Source: an uncultured Gemmatimonadaceae bacterium | Lineage (GTDB): Bacteria > Gemmatimonadota > Gemmatimonadetes > Gemmatimonadales > Gemmatimonadaceae | Assembly: GCA_963761305.1 (NCBI GenBank) | Contig: CAVXGK010000002.1 | Location: forward strand, 1,632,001 to 1,696,000 | Direction of reading: 5' to 3' | Length of the DNA: 64,000 nucleotides | Shown here: in pieces, positions 39,103 through 47,672 of the stretch | How positions within the stretch are numbered: position 1 is the stretch's first letter | Layout of the letters: every line of letters starts with the position of its first letter | Translations under genes and position numbers: made by a program | The notes under the pieces: generated by a model | What the model was told of the DNA's origin: nothing | Seen by the model: the letters and a program-made list of their open reading frames with translations, nothing else | Database searches by the model: none

Positions 39103-39266
39103 CCTCCATCTCCGTATTGAACCTGGGTGCGCTCGGCGGCGCCGCGGATCGGGGCTTCGCGTAACGCTGCACAAAGAGAACGTGCCTCGCCAGATCCCAC
39201 GCGCCGGCATTCCCGTTTGCCGCGCAACGCGCCATCATTCCGCCCGGTTTCCGCCCCGAGGAATGG

Positions 39267-41297
39267 ATGGCGTCGAGCGTTCGACGGTTGACCTGCGAGC
39301 ACATGATTGTAACGATCGCGTCGCTTGGCTTACTCGCGGGCGCGACGCGCTTGCCGGCGCAGGCCACGCAGCCATTGACGACGAGCCGGGGAGACTGGCC
39401 CAGTTACACGGGCGACACGCGCGGCTCTCGCTACTCGCCCCTCGATCAGATCAACGCCGCCAACTTCGGCACGCTCGAGGTCGCGTGGCGGTTCAAGACC
39501 GATTCACTCGGACCGCGCCCGGAGTTCAAGCTCGAGAGCACACCGCTCGTCGTGGGCGGCGTCTTGTATACGACGGGCGGGACGAATCGCGCCGTCGTGG
39601 CGCTCGACGCGGTCACCGGCGCGCAGAGGTGGGTGCATCGCGAAGATGAAGGTCTGCGCGGCGCGGCGGCACCGCGGCTCCTCTCCGGCCGCGGGCTGGC
39701 GTACTGGACCGATGGCCGCGAGGAGCGAATCCTCTACGTCACGCCGGGCTATCAGCTGATCGCCCTCGACGCCAAGACCGGCGACCGAATCGCGAGCTTC
39801 GGTACTGGAGGGGCCGTCGATCTCAAGACGGACATCGACCAGACGATCCTGCCCGATCTCGTCACCGGCGAAATCGGCTTTCAGGGCGCGCCGGTCGTCG
39901 GTCGCGACGTGATCGTCATCGGGGCGGCGTTCCGCGAAGGCACGGCACCGAAGAGTTTCAAGAACAATAAAGGCTACGTTCGAGGCTTCGACGTCCGCAC
40001 GGGCAAGCGGCTCTGGACCTTTCACACGATTCCACAGAAAGGCGAGCCCGGCTACGACACGTGGCTCAACGGGTCGGCCGACTACACGGGAAACACGGGT
40101 GTCTGGTCGCAGGTCACGATCGACGAGGAGTTGGGACTCGTGTACCTGCCGGTCGAGGAGCCTACCGGCGACTACTACGGCGGCCACCGACCGGGCACCA
40201 ATCTCTACGGCGAAAGCCTCGTGTGCCTCGACCTCCAGACGGGCGCCAAGAAGTGGCACTACCAGCTCGTGCATCATCCGATCTGGGACTTCGACATCCC
40301 GGCGGCGCCGATCCTCGCCGACATCACGGTGGACGGGAGGGCCATCAAGGCGGTCGCTGTTCCCACCAAGCAAGGCATCCTCTACACGTTCGATCGCGTC
40401 ACCGGGCAGCCCGTCTGGCCGATCGTGGAGCAACCGGTCGAGAAGGGCGACGTGCCGGGCGAGTGGTATTCGCCGACGCAGCCGATTCCAACAAAGCCGC
40501 CCGCCTATTCGAAAAACGGCACGTCGATCGACGACCTCATCGACTTCACGCCGGAGCTGCGCACGCAGGCCGAGTCGATCGCGGCGCGCTTCAAGCTCGG
40601 CCCGATCTTCACGCCGCCAGTGGCGAGCAAGGCGGGCGGCCCGCTGGCCACGCTCGCGCGCGGGCCGACGAACGGCGGGTCGAACTGGCCGGGCGGCGCG
40701 TTCGATCCCGAGACACATACCTTCTACGTCGCGTCGTCCAACGCCGCGCCCGTGGTGCTGGGACTCGTCCAGCCGAGCAAGGAGCGCTCGGACATGGATT
40801 GGATCGCCGGCTTCGCGCCGCAGCCCGGTGGCGCGCGAATGAGCATGGGCGGACTCAACGTCCAAGGGCTTCCGCTCTTCAAACCGCCGTACGGAACGAT
40901 GACGGCGATCAACCTCGACAAGGGCGAGATCGCGTGGCAGGTGCCGCACGGCGACACGCCGGACGGCGTGCGCAATCACGAAGCGCTCAAGGGACTGAAC
41001 CTTCCGCGCACCGGACAGCCGGGCTTCATCGTCGGCACGCTCGTTACGAAAACGCTCGTCATCGCCGGCGACCCTCAGGTGACGACGCTGCCGACGCATC
41101 CGCGCGGTTCGATGCTGCGCGCGTACGACAAGGCGACGGGCGCCGAGGTAGGCGCGGTGCTCCTCCCTGCCCCGGTCAGCGCGTCGCCGATGACCTACGC
41201 GGTGAACGGCCGGCAGTACATCGTCGTGGCGGTGAGCGGCGGGCCGTATTCGGGCGAGTTCATTGCGCTGAGGCTTGGAGAGAAGGTGGACCGGTAG
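39267..41297 (+). CDS. PQQ-dependent dehydrogenase (quinoprotein glucose dehydrogenase-like)
   Basis: RYSPLDQIN, STPLVVGG, RGLAYW, HHPIWDFD, SPTQP, ASPMTY; start may be 39303. Confidence 0.92.
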   Translation: MASSVRRLTCEHMIVTIASLGLLAGATRLPAQATQPLTTSRGDWPSYTGDTRGSRYSPLDQINAANFGTLEVAWRFKTDSLGPRPEFKLESTPLVVGGVLYTTGGTNRAVVALDAVTGAQRWVHREDEGLRGAAAPRLLSGRGLAYWTDGREERILYVTPGYQLIALDAKTGDRIASFGTGGAVDLKTDIDQTILPDLVTGEIGFQGAPVVGRDVIVIGAAFREGTAPKSFKNNKGYVRGFDVRTGKRLWTFHTIPQKGEPGYDTWLNGSADYTGNTGVWSQVTIDEELGLVYLPVEEPTGDYYGGHRPGTNLYGESLVCLDLQTGAKKWHYQLVHHPIWDFDIPAAPILADITVDGRAIKAVAVPTKQGILYTFDRVTGQPVWPIVEQPVEKGDVPGEWYSPTQPIPTKPPAYSKNGTSIDDLIDFTPELRTQAESIAARFKLGPIFTPPVASKAGGPLATLARGPTNGGSNWPGGAFDPETHTFYVASSNAAPVVLGLVQPSKERSDMDWIAGFAPQPGGARMSMGGLNVQGLPLFKPPYGTMTAINLDKGEIAWQVPHGDTPDGVRNHEALKGLNLPRTGQPGFIVGTLVTKTLVIAGDPQVTTLPTHPRGSMLRAYDKATGAEVGAVLLPAPVSASPMTYAVNGRQYIVVAVSGGPYSGEFIALRLGEKVDR

Positions 41298-41515
41298 ACC
41301 GGTGGACCGGTGGACCGGTGAACCGGTGAACCGGTGGACTGGCAGAAACGGCGAGCTAACTAAAGGGTGGCCGTTTGCGCTAAGCGACGGAGGCGATCCA
41401 TTTTGGGCTCGCGAGTGGCTTAGCGGTCTACCGGTCTACCGGTCTACCGGTCTACCGGTCTACCGGTCTACCGGTCTACCGGTCCACCGGTCCACCAGTC
41501 CACCGGCCGACCGCC
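41285..41515. repeat. Inverted octamer-array element
   Basis: About 7 GGTGGACC-like units, a spacer, then about 11 GGTCTACC/GGTCCACC units; includes the PQQ gene stop codon. Confidence 0.92.
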
Positions 41516-41531
41516 TCACGAGGAGACGACG

Positions 41532-42665
41532 ATGAAGAATCCGATCGATCGATTGTTCAACGACTTCGACAACGGCTTGCTCTCGCGTCGCGACTTGCTG
41601 CGCGCGCTCGGCGTCGCGGCGCTGGCCGTTCCCGCGGCGGCATTCGCTCAGGCCGGCGACACGACGGGCGGCCGGCGCGGTCGGGGCAATCGCGCGCCTG
41701 CCGACACGACCCATTTGCCTCCGCCGTTCGACCCCACCGGCTGGAAAACAGTGTGGCTCGATCACATCACGTATCAATGCACCGACTATCCCAAGGCGGC
41801 GGCGTTCTATTCGGCGCTCATGGGATGGAAAGTGCGCAGCGACGACGGCAAGCAGGCGGTGCTCGACATCGGCGACGACGTCGGCGGATGCATCATGACG
41901 AACGGATTCGTCCCCCCTCCCCCTCCCCCTCCACCACCGCCGGCTCCGGCGGGCGGCGACAGCGCCGGTGGTGGCCGAGGTGGTGGACGAGGCGGCGGCC
42001 GTGTCCGCCCGCCGCGGATGGCGAAGATCGCCAACCTGGCGTGGGGCATCGAGCCGTGGGACACGAAGAAGGTCGAGGCGGAGCTCGCCAAGCGCGGCCT
42101 CGCTCCCGTCGCCGATCACGCCGGCGACTTTCAGAGTTTTCACATCAAGGATCCCGACGGCTTCGACATCCAGGTCACGAACGGCACCAAGGCCAATCGC
42201 CGCAAAGGTTCGGCGAACGGCAAAGTCTCGGCGCCCGCCCCGTTCGAGCCGACGGGATGGAAGACGGTGTGGCTCGACCACCTCTCCTACGGCTGCACCG
42301 ACTATAAGCGCACCGTCGCGTTCTATGAAGCGCTCTTGAGCTGGGTGCCGCGCGGATTCACGGGCGTTCAGTCGCAAGTGCACATCGGCGACATCGGCGG
42401 TGCGATCATCCGGAACCGGGCCGCGGTCGACATCGACCACATCTCGTTCGGCATCGAGGGGTTCGACCCCGACCGGGTCGAAGCGGAGCTGAAGAAGCGC
42501 GGCCTTGGCACGCCGGACCGACAGGATCCGTCACATCTGCAGACGGACACGGGCAACGGCGGCGACATTCACACGTCGAGATTCAAGAGCTATCATACGC
42601 CGGATCCGTTCAACTGGGATTTGCAGATCAGCAACATCACCAAGGCGACGCGCGACGACACGTGA
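41532..42665 (+). CDS. Double VOC (glyoxalase-like) protein with Tat-type signal
   Basis: SRRDLL signal; PFxPTGWKTVWLDH occurs twice; FYSALMGW, DPDGFDIQ, IDHISFGI. Confidence 0.88.
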   Translation: MKNPIDRLFNDFDNGLLSRRDLLRALGVAALAVPAAAFAQAGDTTGGRRGRGNRAPADTTHLPPPFDPTGWKTVWLDHITYQCTDYPKAAAFYSALMGWKVRSDDGKQAVLDIGDDVGGCIMTNGFVPPPPPPPPPPAPAGGDSAGGGRGGGRGGGRVRPPRMAKIANLAWGIEPWDTKKVEAELAKRGLAPVADHAGDFQSFHIKDPDGFDIQVTNGTKANRRKGSANGKVSAPAPFEPTGWKTVWLDHLSYGCTDYKRTVAFYEALLSWVPRGFTGVQSQVHIGDIGGAIIRNRAAVDIDHISFGIEGFDPDRVEAELKKRGLGTPDRQDPSHLQTDTGNGGDIHTSRFKSYHTPDPFNWDLQISNITKATRDDT

Positions 42666-43204
42666 AGTCGCTCATCGCGGTCCTGTGTCTCGCCGCGTTC
42701 GCGGCGTTCAGCGCCGACGTGAAGCACGAGGTCATTCGGAGCGGCGAGTCGGTGGAGATCGCCGCCCTGCCGGTCGGTCGCACCGTGCCCGACTTCACGC
42801 TCGCCGACCGCTCCGGCACGGAGCTCACCCTCAGCAGGGTGGCCGCCGGCGAGAAGCTGGTGCTGGTGGACTTCTGGGGCGCGTGGTGCGGCCCGTGCCG
42901 AATCGAGATGCCGACGTTGCAACGGATGTACAAGGACTCGACGAACAAAGGACTGCAGATCCTGGCCGTCGATGAAGGCGATTCCAGGGCCGCTCTCGAC
43001 GCCTACTTGAAGAAGCGGCCGGTGAGCTTCCCCGTGCTGCGCGACTCGACAGGCGAGATCGCCAAGAAATTCGGCGTGCGGGCGTTCCCCACCACGGTGC
43101 TCGTCGATCAGAAGGGCAAGATCGAGCGCGTGATCGAGGGTATCGAGCCGTACATGAGCGCCTTGGTGTCGAACAGCCTCAAGGCGGACGACAAGAAGCC
43201 GTGA
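42662..43204 (+). CDS. TlpA-family disulfide reductase
   Basis: PDFTL, DFWGAWCGPCRIEMP, FPTT. Confidence 0.93.
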   Translation: MKSLIAVLCLAAFAAFSADVKHEVIRSGESVEIAALPVGRTVPDFTLADRSGTELTLSRVAAGEKLVLVDFWGAWCGPCRIEMPTLQRMYKDSTNKGLQILAVDEGDSRAALDAYLKKRPVSFPVLRDSTGEIAKKFGVRAFPTTVLVDQKGKIERVIEGIEPYMSALVSNSLKADDKKP

Positions 43205-44145
43205 GCGCCGTCGCCGCCGAATCCACGCCGGTCATCGAAATCGACGGCCTGGCCAAGACGTTTCGGAGCCGGCTCCGTCGCCGCGAAGTCCAGGCGGTGC
43301 GCGACGTCAGCCTCCGCGTGGACCGCGGCCGAGTGTTCGCGTTCGTCGGCCCGAACGGCGCCGGCAAGACGACGACCATCTACGCGCTGCTCGGCCTGCT
43401 CCGCCCTGACCGCGGCAGCGTGCGGCTGTTCGACCTGCCCGCCGGCACGCTGGCGGCGCGGCGGCGGATCGGGTTCCAATCGGAGATCTTTTATACATAC
43501 GGTTTTAAGACTGCTGCCCAGATTCTCCGATTCTACGGACGACTCGCCGAGATGTCCGAGGCAGCCATCGACGCGGCGGTGCCGAAACAGCTCGAGCGAC
43601 TCGGGCTCGCCGCGGCGAGCGATCGGAAAGTGGGCGGCTTCTCCAAAGGAATGGTGCAGCGCTTGGGGATCGCGCAGGCACTGCTCCATGGACCGGATTT
43701 GCTGATCCTCGACGAGCCGACGACGGGACTCGACCCGGAGGGGCGCAAACTCGTCGCCGACATCATCCTCGAGGAGAAATCGCGCGGCACGACGGTGTTC
43801 CTGAGCAGCCACATCCTGTCCGACGTCGAGCGGACGTGCGACCACGTCATCATCCTCAACCGCGGGAGCGTCGCCCTCGCCGACAGCATGGAGAACCTTC
43901 GGCGCGGCGCGGACGAGTGGGAGATCGAGGTCGTCGAGTGGACGCCCGATGCGCGCGAAGCGGCGGCGGGGCTCGACGTTCGAGACGACCCGCGAGGCCC
44001 GTCGATCGTGCGTTGCCGCTCCACCGACAAGATGGCGCTGCTCCGCCGATTGGTGAACGCGAACGCGACGATCGGCGGCGTGCGGAATACCGGGTCGCTC
44101 GAGGACCTCTACATGCGGTACGCCGGAGGCTCGTCGAGTGGCTAA
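43201..44145 (+). CDS. ABC transporter ATP-binding protein
   Basis: GPNGAGKTT, FSKGMVQR, LILDEP, SSH. Confidence 0.95.
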   Translation: MSAVAAESTPVIEIDGLAKTFRSRLRRREVQAVRDVSLRVDRGRVFAFVGPNGAGKTTTIYALLGLLRPDRGSVRLFDLPAGTLAARRRIGFQSEIFYTYGFKTAAQILRFYGRLAEMSEAAIDAAVPKQLERLGLAAASDRKVGGFSKGMVQRLGIAQALLHGPDLLILDEPTTGLDPEGRKLVADIILEEKSRGTTVFLSSHILSDVERTCDHVIILNRGSVALADSMENLRRGADEWEIEVVEWTPDAREAAAGLDVRDDPRGPSIVRCRSTDKMALLRRLVNANATIGGVRNTGSLEDLYMRYAGGSSSG

Positions 44146-44950
44146 CGCCGGCCTCAAGGTGCGGGCGATCGCATGGACGGCGTTTCAGGAGACGCTTCGA
44201 CGCAAGGTGTTCTACCTCGTGGCCTTCGTCGCGCTGATCGTGCTCGCCGGCATGGCCTCGGACTCCGTGACGGTGAACATGGCCAACGAGGCAGGCGAGG
44301 CGGAGATCGCGTCGAACTTTCGCACCGACACCGTCATGCACATCCTCGGCGTCTGGGAATTTGCCGTCGGGGCGCTCGCGCTCTACCTCGGCGCGATCGC
44401 GCTCTCGTCGGAGATCACCGGCAAGACGCTCGTCAACGTGCTGTCGCGTCCCGTGGAAGCGGCAACGTATCTCACCGGACGGTGGATCGGCACGCTCGGG
44501 TTTCTGTGGGGGTTCCAGGCGATCGGCATCGCGTTCGCCGTCATCGTGACGTTCGCGTTCAAGGTGCCGCACACGCCGGGGCTCTGGCTGGCCTGCGCGG
44601 CGATGTTCGTTGCGGCCTTCTATTTCAGCGGCGTGAGCCTGGGGCTGAGCGTGATGATGCCGCCCGCGCTCGCCGGCGTCATCGCGCTCTTCTTGACCTT
44701 TCTGCCCTCGATGGTCGAGGACACGCTCAAGCACCCGCGCTGGATCGCGCGCACGCTGTCGTACGCCGGGTACTACCTCGGGCCTGCCGAGATGCCGGTG
44801 GATCTGACGGCGCAGAGCTTCAGCAAGGAGCTGTTGCATCCGGCGTACGGGTTGTACGGCCGCGTGCTGGGTGAGAATCTGCTGTACACGGTCGTCGTAT
44901 TCGCGATCGGTTGCGCGGTGTTCGCGCGGCGGGAAATGCAATCTAGGTAG
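44138..44950 (+). CDS. ABC-2 type permease
   Basis: About 6 TMs, SSEITGKTL.NVLSRPV, C-terminal FARRE. Confidence 0.9.
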   Translation: MANAGLKVRAIAWTAFQETLRRKVFYLVAFVALIVLAGMASDSVTVNMANEAGEAEIASNFRTDTVMHILGVWEFAVGALALYLGAIALSSEITGKTLVNVLSRPVEAATYLTGRWIGTLGFLWGFQAIGIAFAVIVTFAFKVPHTPGLWLACAAMFVAAFYFSGVSLGLSVMMPPALAGVIALFLTFLPSMVEDTLKHPRWIARTLSYAGYYLGPAEMPVDLTAQSFSKELLHPAYGLYGRVLGENLLYTVVVFAIGCAVFARREMQSR

Positions 44951-44973
44951 ACGAGCGCGCGGGTCCACAGCGA

Positions 44974-45013
44974 GACATCTGACGTCAGAAATCTGACATC
45001 AGACGTCAGACTT
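44974..45013. repeat. Heptamer (CTGACRT/TCAGACR) repeat patch between convergent genes
   Basis: gacatctgacgtcagaaatctgacatcagacgtcagactt. Confidence 0.7.
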
Positions 45014-45692
45014 CTTGCTTTTCATCCACGGCGTCGCCAAACCGTCTGTCCACCGTTCTCCGAAATGTCGAGATCTCCCAAGCAATCGTCCGCTGTCGCG
45101 TGGCGCGTTCGAGTCCGTGTTTCTTGAGCTCCGCCTCGATCGCGTCGCTCGGATGCACGAAGACGCGGAACGGTGACTCGCGCAGGCGCATGACGTAGTT
45201 GATGCACCGCACGGCGATGCGGATCCACCAGGTGTCCGGCGGATACACGGCGCCGAGGACGCGCTGTGCCTTGTCGGCCGCCCTGCCGACGAGCGCGGGC
45301 ATGTCGGGATAGCAGCAGATCACGCGATCCAGCGTGACGATGTCGGCCGACGCCAGCTTGGGCGCGAGCTCGACGAAGTCGCCCTGCACGAACTCGATGG
45401 CCTCGAGGTGGTGCCGATGCGTCGCCTCGTCGCGGGCGGCGTCGATGTAGGCGGGCGACGCATCGACGTGCACGGCGCTGACCGCGCCGGCGTCGAGCAT
45501 CTCGTGATGAATCGCCCCGACGCCACCGCCGATGTCGAGCAGCGTCGCGTCGGGAGTGACGGCGGGCTCGAGGTCGGCGAGCAAGAGGCGCGTCGACTTC
45601 GTCGGACCGCGACGACGAAAACGCCGCAGCTCGCGTTCGGCGAGGCGGCGGTCGAATTCAGCTTCGATACCTTGGCACTGAGAACAGGGCAA
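45006..45692 (-). CDS. Class I SAM-dependent methyltransferase
   Basis: LLDIGGGVG, GDFV, DIVTLDRVICCYPD; start uncertain (TTG 45692 assumed). Confidence 0.85.
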   Translation of the reverse strand: MPCSQCQGIEAEFDRRLAERELRRFRRRGPTKSTRLLLADLEPAVTPDATLLDIGGGVGAIHHEMLDAGAVSAVHVDASPAYIDAARDEATHRHHLEAIEFVQGDFVELAPKLASADIVTLDRVICCYPDMPALVGRAADKAQRVLGAVYPPDTWWIRIAVRCINYVMRLRESPFRVFVHPSDAIEAELKKHGLERATRQRTIAWEISTFRRTVDRRFGDAVDEKQEV

Positions 45693-45776
45693 TGGACAGG
45701 CAGACAGTTGGACGGGTGAAAGCTGTTCGGGGTTAGGAGGCAAGGCGAGCGGAGGTGTGACGGGAGGGTTGAGATC

Positions 45777-46014
45777 GGGAGCTCGGCCATTCCGAGTTCG
45801 ATCCCCCTGCTGGGTACGGCTGCCGGCTCGACGTCTGACGTCAGACAACCGATGTCCGACGTCAGATGCGGCGTGACTCGGTAAAGCCTCGTGGCGATCA
45901 TCCCGCGGCGAACGCAGGGTCTGACGTCCGACATCTGACGTCGGACTTCCGACTTCGAGCGGGCAGCCGCTACATCGAACAGCCGAGACAGGCGGCAGAC
46001 TGGCCGTGATCCAT
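45777..46014 (+). repeat. ~240-nt long-hairpin element, copy 1
   Basis: gggagctcggccattccgagttcgat...gtacggctgccggctcga, heptamer arms, tcgagcgggcagccg...cagactggccgtgatccat. Confidence 0.8.
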
Positions 46015-46197
46015 GGGCGCAGGTCGGAGCTCGAGATCCTTGGCTGCGGATCGCGAAGTCGTGACGCCGCCTATGCTGGCCGAACCGCCAGGGCGTGCTC
46101 ATGTTTGACGCTACCCACGTGCTCGTCGGCGATGCGCGAGCGACGCCGCACGCCTCGAGGCGAGCACGAACATCCCCTGCCCCCGGAGACCCACCCG

Positions 46198-46686
46198 ATG
46201 CTCTCGAACCAATTGCGGAGCGCCATCGTCGCCGTCGCCTGCGCTCTCCTACCTCCCCTCCCCCTCCGCGGCGCGATCGCCCAGACCGCACGGAGCGCCC
46301 CGACAACTGCGCCCGACCCGTGCACGTTGCTCACTCCCGACCAGATCAACGGCGCCACCGGCTTCAACTTCGGCGCCGGCACCCCGATCATCGCCGGCAA
46401 GAGCTGCCAATGGATCTCGCCGTCGCCGAAGCACGGTATAGCGACGATCGATTTCTTCCCGGGGGAGAGTTGGGACAAGATGAAAGCGCCGCTCGCCGGT
46501 TTTACCAAGACTTCCGTGAGTGGCGTGGGCGACGGCGCGTTTTACACGGTCGTCGGCACCTTCTCGACGCTGACGGTCAAGAAGGGAAACGCAGTCTTCA
46601 ACATGAAAGTGTACGGCATCGCTGACCACGCGAAACAGGAGGCGATCGAGAAGACGCTCGCGCTCGACGTGGTCGCGAAACTGTAA
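46198..46686 (+). CDS. Secreted hypothetical protein (DUF3558-like)
   Basis: Signal peptide, DPCTLLT, second Cys (SCQW), VSGVGDGAF. Confidence 0.82.
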   Translation: MLSNQLRSAIVAVACALLPPLPLRGAIAQTARSAPTTAPDPCTLLTPDQINGATGFNFGAGTPIIAGKSCQWISPSPKHGIATIDFFPGESWDKMKAPLAGFTKTSVSGVGDGAFYTVVGTFSTLTVKKGNAVFNMKVYGIADHAKQEAIEKTLALDVVAKL

Positions 46687-46725
46687 GGTCGTCGCCCAGG
46701 CGCCGGGAGCGGCGTCGAAAAGCGT

Positions 46726-46965
46726 GGGTGCTCGGCCACTCTGAGTTCGATTGGCCGTTCGACGTACGGCTGTAGGCTCGAAATCGGTGGCGGACATCAG
46801 ACGGCAGACATCAGTTTCGGCGTTGCGGGGACTCCTCCAGTGGCAAGTCAGGTTCCTACCCCGTCACGCCTGGTGTGAAGTCTGATATCCGATGTCAGCC
46901 ACCGTCGTCGAGCGCGCAGCCGTACGTCGCCCGGCAAGACAGACCGCAGAGTGGCCGCGAACCAT
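46726..46965 (+). repeat. ~240-nt long-hairpin element, copy 2
   Basis: gggtgctcggccactctgagttcgat...gtacggctgtaggctcga ... tcgagcgcgcagccgtacgtcg...cagagtggccgcgaaccat. Confidence 0.85.
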
Positions 46966-47032
46966 CTCGCAACTCGAGAGTCGCCGCGATCCATCTCGCA
47001 ACTCGCCGCTCCGCACCCTAGTTTTCCGCGCC

Positions 47033-47647
47033 ATGTCCGATTCTGAAACCAACGTCACGTACCCGCTGCACCATCACAACCTCGCCCACCTGGCGCATCT
47101 CGAGGTCGACGAGGAAGTCTTCGCCACGCGATTCGCGGCGTCGTGCTCGATGATGAAGTGCAGCGCGAAGTGCTGTCGCGGCGGGGTGTACGTGGATCTC
47201 CAGCATCGCGACCGCGTCCTGCGCGAAGCGCCGCTCGTGATCCAGCACATGCAACCGACGCAGGAACACGATCCGGCGCGCTGGTTCGAGACGGAAGAGA
47301 TCGAGGACGAGGACTTTCCGTCGGGCAAATGCGTCGGGACACAGGTCGTCGGACACGGCTGCGTCTTTCTCGACAGCGAGAAGCGCTGCGTGCTGCAGAT
47401 CGCCGAAGCGGCGTCGCCCGGGCTCAAGCCGTTCTATTGCCGCGCCTTTCCGGTCGTGATCTCCGACGCCACGCTCACCCTCGACGCTGACTGGTGCCCG
47501 GAAGAGACGCAGTGCTGCGGCCCCGATCCGAACGGCACGCAGACGGCGCTCGACATGCTCGCCTACGAGTTCGAGCACGTCGTGGGCAAGAGTTGCGTCG
47601 CCGAGCTGCGGCAGATCGAGCGCGTGCGACGCGAATCGAACACCTGA
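47033..47647 (+). CDS. Cysteine-cluster protein (DUF3109/YkgJ-like)
   Basis: C..CSAKCCRGG, CVFL, CVLQ, KPFYCRAFP. Confidence 0.8.
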   Translation: MSDSETNVTYPLHHHNLAHLAHLEVDEEVFATRFAASCSMMKCSAKCCRGGVYVDLQHRDRVLREAPLVIQHMQPTQEHDPARWFETEEIEDEDFPSGKCVGTQVVGHGCVFLDSEKRCVLQIAEAASPGLKPFYCRAFPVVISDATLTLDADWCPEETQCCGPDPNGTQTALDMLAYEFEHVVGKSCVAELRQIERVRRESNT

Positions 47648-47672
47648 GCTGACCACGGCGACGACGGGCCAC

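Noticed and set aside
41285..41515. CRISPR array
   Set aside because: Units are contiguous 8-mers with no unique spacers, and there are no cas genes; the same applies to 4651-4862 and 62701-62796
45006..45692. bchM / photosynthesis gene
   Set aside because: Only generic methyltransferase motifs; no bch, puf or crt genes nearby
45790..45816. tRNA 3' remnant (gagttcgatccc)
   Set aside because: No T-stem pairing or acceptor stem; it is part of the 240-nt element and recurs at about 46744
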